From IMG/VR virus record IMGVR_UViG_3300011008_000034, positions 32,001-96,000 of that record: 64,000 nt of DNA. One strand, given 5' to 3'. The position numbers and the translations under genes are program-made. Below are positions 59,199-64,000 of this stretch, piece by piece. A model generated the notes under the pieces. That model was not told where the DNA came from and made no database searches. It worked only from the letters and a program-made list of their open reading frames with translations. The number at the start of each line of letters is the position of its first letter. Within the stretch, counting starts at the first letter, position 1. The DNA comes from a virus (Duplodnaviria; Caudoviricetes).

Positions 59199-60734
59199 AT
59201 CAATATCCGCGTCAGTTGCTATTATAATTTTATTGTATCTTAATTTACTAATATCAAAATTCTTTCCAATTCCAGTTCCTAAAGAAGCAATAATTCCTTT
59301 TACAGATTCTGCAGAAAGAATTTTTGAAAGTTCAGCTTTATTTACATTAAGTATCTTTCCACGTAATGGTAAACAAGCTTGAAATACTTTATTACGAGTA
59401 AGTTTTATTGAATTACCAGCGCTATCGCCTTCGCAGACATAAGTTTCTGAAAATCCATCATGAATCTGACAATCTGCTAATTTTGCAGGTAACGCCATAT
59501 TAGATAATTTCTTTGTTTTTCTAGCATTTAATCTAGCCGTACGCGCAGCTAATTCAGCAATTTTTGTATTGTTTGCTCTATTTATTATAGATTCAATAAT
59601 CTTCTTATAATCTTTATTTTTGATTATTTTCTTAAATTCATCTTTAAAAATACTAATTACTGCATCTCCAGCTTCTTTATTCCCTAATTTTGATTTTGTT
59701 TGTCCTTCTAATTGAGCATGATGAATTTTTATTGATATAACTGCATATAATCCATCCATATAATATTGTTGTTCAATAGGTTCTTTAATTATTTTTTTAT
59801 CTAACCCATATTCATTTAAACAATCTTTATATACGTTTTTAAATGCATTTAAATGTGTACCACCATCATATGTACGTGCTGTATTGGCAAATGTTTTTAT
59901 AACGGTATTTCTTTCTGATTCATCATCAGTAATAAATGCCATATCACATTTTATAATACCATTTTCTTCATCATTATATGACCCAGAAATAAAAAATGGT
60001 TCATCATATAATGTAGTTTTATTCCCCAAAAATTCTTTTACGTATCCTGCAATACCGTCTTCAAAACAATATGTAGTATTAATATTAGTTAATTCATTAA
60101 TATAATTAATTACGAGTCCTTTATTTAAAAAGGCACTTTCTTTTAATCGTTTTGTAATTCTTTCTCCAGGGTCTAATCCATATTTAAATACTTTTTTATC
60201 TGGTTTGTATTTAATTTTTGTTCCTGTTTGAGATGATTTTCCAATTGTTTCTAAATCAATACACGGTTCTCCTCTTTGAAAACGTTGATGATAAATGACT
60301 CCATCGCGACTAACTTCTACATCAAAATATTCCGAAAGAAAATTGGTTACTGCCGCGCCCATTCCATGCATGCCTACGACCGAAGAGTATTTTGAATCAC
60401 TGGTTTCAAATTTTCCGCCTGAATTTAATGATGTTAAAATACCAGTTAATGTATTTAATGGATTACCATTTTTATCTTTAAATTCATCATTATACCCTAC
60501 AGGAATTCCTCTTCCAAAATCTTCTACTTCAACACTATAATCTTTAAAAATGTGTACATTAACAACATTTCCAAAACCCATGTTGTGTTCATCAATTGAA
60601 TTATCTACAATTTCTATAATTAATTGAGATAATCCAAATGCCCGTATATCTGAAATATACATCGCAGGTCTTAATCGTACTGCTTCTCGTTGAGATAGCA
60701 AATGTACATTACTAGAATTATAATCATTTGACAT
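59199..60734 (-). CDS. gyrB: Type IIA topoisomerase subunit B, exon 1
   Basis: RPAMYI, EIVDNSIDE, D.GRGIP, GGKF, GMHG.G, EGDSAG, PLRGKILN, TDADID. Confidence 0.94.
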
Positions 60735-60836
60735 ATTCTTACCTCCTTTTAAAATCTTTATAAATAATTTTGTTCATATGCATTTTTTCTTTTTTAATAG
60801 ATACGTAAAACAAAATAAGGCAATACGCCTTATTTT

Positions 60837-61238
60837 TCATCTATTCATATGACTATCATATGCAAATTCAGCGGCATCTCGAACATTTTCTTCAACAATT
60901 TCTTCTAACTTTGTTCTAATTTCATCATTATCTTCAAATAAAGTATCATATTGTAAATCGTGAATAAGTGTTTCAACATCGCTTTGATTTTCGTACCATT
61001 TATTATTAATTTTAATAAATTCACGAATGGAATTGTCATTATTAACAACAATTTTTACATGTAAACCATCCAATTCTGTATCATTTTCGGAATAATAGTT
61101 CCATACGAATAAGGAAATTACACCCTCTGCAACAAATCCATCATTTGTATCAGTAATAGAAAAATTGCCATAATCACTATTCTCAAACAATTCTTTTACA
61201 TCTTCTAAGGCACTTGCTTTCTTAATTAATCTTTTCAT
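60837..61238 (-). CDS. Acidic protein with MKRLIKKA N-terminus
   Basis: 133-aa ORF with GGAGG RBS. Confidence 0.65.
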   Translation of the reverse strand: MKRLIKKASALEDVKELFENSDYGNFSITDTNDGFVAEGVISLFVWNYYSENDTELDGLHVKIVVNNDNSIREFIKINNKWYENQSDVETLIHDLQYDTLFEDNDEIRTKLEEIVEENVRDAAEFAYDSHMNR

Positions 61239-61256
61239 TTAAAACTTTCCTCCTTA

Positions 61257-61481
61257 TTATGCATTATATTTCAACCATTTTCCATCTAATTCCATATATT
61301 CTATTGTTCCTAATTTTTTTGTTACAAGAAATTTTACAGATTTTTTGCTCATCCCTTGTTTTTCTTGAACGTCAGCTATTCCTTCAGCTAAAAATCCATC
61401 TAAAGGTTCTCCTTCTAAATCAATAATATGGAAACCTTTTTCTTGAAGTACTTGTTTTAATTCGTTATATTTTGATTTCAT
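61257..61481 (-). CDS. Small hypothetical protein
   Basis: 74-aa ORF with RBS. Confidence 0.6.
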   Translation of the reverse strand: MKSKYNELKQVLQEKGFHIIDLEGEPLDGFLAEGIADVQEKQGMSKKSVKFLVTKKLGTIEYMELDGKWLKYNA

Positions 61482-61604
61482 ATATACTTTCCTTTCTTAT
61501 TTATATTTTTTGTATTTTTTTATACATAATTAAAATAAAAAAACAAAACAAAAAAAGACTACAAATTGTAGTCTTTTTTAAAAAAATGATAATTCAATAA
61601 TAAA

Positions 61605-61677
61605 TGGGGGCTCGGGGAGGAGTTGCACCTCCATCTCCGTACTGCAGTTACGGGCTCTGCTATTAAGCTACCTACCC
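61605..61677 (-). tRNA. Degenerate tRNA-like gene (anticodon TGC/Ala or shifted GCA/Cys)
   Basis: D arm GCTT/GAGC, anticodon stem CCGTA/TACGG with loop ACTGCAG, T arm GGAGG/CCTCC, encoded CCA; two acceptor-stem mismatches. Confidence 0.6.
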
Positions 61678-61682
61678 AAAAG

Positions 61683-61893
61683 ATGGTTACTCATCCACCG
61701 TAAGGACTTCACTGCCGTTACCCATTTTTCATCAATATAACAAACTCTTATCTGCACAAGTAGTTCATTGACGACGGTTATCCGCTCAAATCGGATGGTA
61801 TTCGCTGCCACGGATTGCGAGTCCGTGTCTCCCCGGTGTTTGAGTCACCGTAATGGATGGGAGGTACGCATACGCAGAATTACTACGACTTCA
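61683..61893 (-). ncRNA. Unidentified structured ncRNA
   Basis: GC-rich non-coding tract directly after promoter 61901-61932; several hairpins and long-range complementarities. Confidence 0.5.
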
Positions 61894-61956
61894 TATTTTT
61901 ATTATACCACATTATAATTGAAAAGTAAATAGTCTTTTCAATTTTTTTTACAATAA

Positions 61957-62028
61957 AGGCCCTATACAAATTCGAACTACTAAAAATACATTTGGAGAGT
62001 GTTATTCTGTTCGCTAAACTATAGGGCC
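61957..62028 (-). pseudogene. Decayed tRNA-Trp(CCA)
   Basis: Acceptor GGCCCTA/TAGGGCC, TAGTTTAG, loop CTCCAAA, GTTCGAAT; anticodon and T stems broken; no CCA end. Confidence 0.6.
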
Positions 62029-62236
62029 ATGATGATGCAGGTAAGACTTAAACTCATAATCTATTATATAGTAAAGAAAACTGTTAAAAATATTAAAATT
62101 ATTTAAAAATTTAATATTTTTAATTGTTTTTCATAAAAATGCATATATTTTATTAAATTTATTAAAAAATTTTAATTAAATATATACTTTTTATTATGAA
62201 TTTGATATAATTAAATATTGGAAAGGAGGCGAAAAA

Positions 62237-63547
62237 ATGAAAAAGAGCACTGAAATAAAAAATTTTAGAGTAAAACAATTCATTGTAGAAGAAAGTCATC
62301 CATATTTTCCATTTCTTTTAATACAATTACATTATTCTAAGAACCTTTATAATGCTACTTTGTATGAATTAAGGCAAAGATTTTTTAAAAAAGAAGCATT
62401 TCCTAAGAATTTAGATAAAGTAATGAAAGTAAAAGAATCTAACCGTAGTGATAAACTTGGTTATGATTATTATAATATGGCTACATGCCAGTCAGCACAG
62501 CAAACCATAACGAAAGCTCATAGAAGCATGATTTATTTCCAAAGGTCTTTAAGAAAATATGAAAAAGACCCTAGAAATTATACGGGTAAGCCTAAGATTC
62601 CTAAGTATAAAAGAGATAAATATTATATTGTAACTCTCACAAACCAAAATTGTAAGGTCAAAGGCAATATAGTACATTTTCCAAGAACATATGGAAACTT
62701 TACTTTAGACATAAGTGATTGTTTTACTAACAATGAATATGACTTCAAATCCTTAAGTGAAGTAAGGTATTACTTAAAGAAAAATGTTATAGTTATGGAA
62801 GTAATTTATCAAGTAAAAGCTAAATATCATTATTCTTTAAGGAAAGATAGATTATGTGGTATAGACTTAGGTGTAGCTATTTTTGCCGCTTGTTCTTTTA
62901 ATTTCAATAAGAATCCTATTATTATTGATAGTTCTTATGTAAAGTCTGTGAATCAATTATATAATAAAAAGATAGCTAAATATCAAAGTTTAGCTAAAAA
63001 ATGTAATGATTTATATACCACAAAAAGATTAAATGCTTTATGGTCAAAAAGACATAGAAAAATAAAAGATTATATGCATAAAGCGAGTACATTATTAGTT
63101 AAAACATGTGTAGAAAATAGAGTATCTAAAATAATTATAGGAGAGAATAAGAATTGGAAACAAAAAAATAAGAAAAAACAGAACTTTACTTATATATCTT
63201 TTTCTATGTTTAAATCAATGGTAGAGTACAAGGCTAAATTATATGGAATTAAAGTTATATTTGTTCCTGAAATGTATACATCTGGTACTTCTTTCTTAGA
63301 CAAGGAAACTCCTCAGAAAAAGTTTTATAATAAAAAACGTAGGGTAACCAGAGGAATTTTTTATAGTAACGAAAAAATAGGTATACATAGTGATGTAAAT
63401 GCCGGATATCAGATGATAAAGAAATATGAACTGAAAGAAAATCAGAAAAGAAAAAGGCAAACAAAAAAGAGCTTAATCTCTTGCTTTAATAAAACCTTTA
63501 ATTGGAAAAAAATAGCAAGTAATATCGAACGAGTATATGTTATGTAA
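62237..63547 (+). CDS. tnpB: TnpB RNA-guided endonuclease family protein (no tnpA, no Zn finger)
   Basis: SKNLYN, PKIPKY, GIDLG, DYMHKAS, YKAKLYGI.V....E.YTS..SFLD, R..RG.F, HSDVNAG. Confidence 0.88.
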   Translation: MKKSTEIKNFRVKQFIVEESHPYFPFLLIQLHYSKNLYNATLYELRQRFFKKEAFPKNLDKVMKVKESNRSDKLGYDYYNMATCQSAQQTITKAHRSMIYFQRSLRKYEKDPRNYTGKPKIPKYKRDKYYIVTLTNQNCKVKGNIVHFPRTYGNFTLDISDCFTNNEYDFKSLSEVRYYLKKNVIVMEVIYQVKAKYHYSLRKDRLCGIDLGVAIFAACSFNFNKNPIIIDSSYVKSVNQLYNKKIAKYQSLAKKCNDLYTTKRLNALWSKRHRKIKDYMHKASTLLVKTCVENRVSKIIIGENKNWKQKNKKKQNFTYISFSMFKSMVEYKAKLYGIKVIFVPEMYTSGTSFLDKETPQKKFYNKKRRVTRGIFYSNEKIGIHSDVNAGYQMIKKYELKENQKRKRQTKKSLISCFNKTFNWKKIASNIERVYVM

Positions 63548-63711
63548 AAGTAATGTTATACTACAAGTAGAATAAAATGATTAAGTTTCATTATGTTTGG
63601 AAGCTTTGATGTAGAGCTAGTGAATAAAATATATCTTAGACATGGACGTTTAAGATATACAGAAATAAAATTTATTAAAATTTTTAATAATAAATTAAAA
63701 ATTTAATGATT

Positions 63712-64000
63712 TTATATACATAAATCTTCTCCAGCTTGCCAGATTAAATTATCCATTCCAGGAGACGATGAATAATGAGCTAACCAAATTGGTTGATTTA
63801 ATGATTCGTAATCAATATAACTTTCAAAAAATCCTAAATTAGCATAAATGCCGGTGTTATACCCATAATCATTAAAAACATCGCACCATGCTTTAGCTAT
63901 TCCATTTATATTAGAAAATGAATAATCAAAATCATATTTCTGCCATTTTGAATTATCTTCTATATCTGCCCAGATACGCCTACACCTAAACTATTTATCA
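63712..64000 (-). pseudogene. 3' part of a GH25 muramidase-like gene, apparently frameshifted
   Basis: WADIED...GYNTGIYAN....PIWLAHY......IWQ; frame break near 63973; runs off the window edge. Confidence 0.55.

Noticed and set aside
61605-61835. tmRNA (GGGGAGACACGGACTCG resembles a tmRNA 5' end)
   Set aside because: This 5' end does not pair with the downstream acceptor strand, no tag ORF is evident, and the downstream tRNA-like unit has its own D and anticodon arms.
61795-61875. Selenocysteine or opal-suppressor tRNA (hairpin loop ACTCAAA)
   Set aside because: No D arm, no canonical T loop and no proper acceptor geometry; kept only as part of the unidentified ncRNA.
1-64000. Genome-wide stop-codon reassignment (TAG or TGA recoding)
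   Set aside because: Long conserved genes are open in code 11, and several end properly at TAG (nrdG, sigma factor, 48889 ORF) or TGA. The breaks in dnaE and gyrB are explained by introns and a split intein.

Overview
Very AT-rich, gene-dense segment of a large (probably jumbo) tailed phage of an anaerobic Firmicute; the amidase and the GC-rich IscB element are compatible with a Negativicutes/Clostridia-type host (inference). Standard genetic code. It carries replication and nucleotide genes: dnaE, gyrA/gyrB-type topoisomerase, recJ, nrdG, clpX and a sigma factor. A dispersed T4-like cytosine-modification set is also present (thymidylate-synthase-fold enzyme with the dCMP-type Asp, dCMP deaminase, dNMP kinase, alpha-glucosyltransferase homolog, C5-MTase-like protein). 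Selfish elements are abundant. dnaE is fractured by a split intein whose halves lie ~7.9 kb apart and by a group I intron; gyrB has a second group I intron; the dCMP deaminase has an HNH intein. There are six free-standing endonuclease-like genes, two IscB loci (one recent and GC-rich, one apparently domesticated) and a TnpB. The most novel candidate is a split RlmN/Cfr-like radical SAM enzyme (44358-45137). Its catalytic AACGQL segment is encoded as a separate, unannotated 42-aa ORF (46912-47040) and it lacks the resolving cysteine, which suggests covalent peptide-to-nucleic-acid attachment. Other highlights are an orphan Cys-less IntN copy, a repeated two-gene module, a family of MKRL-starting proteins, a 12-copy promoter motif, and an unidentified structured RNA among decayed tRNAs. 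All assignments come from motif recognition by eye; no database searches were run.
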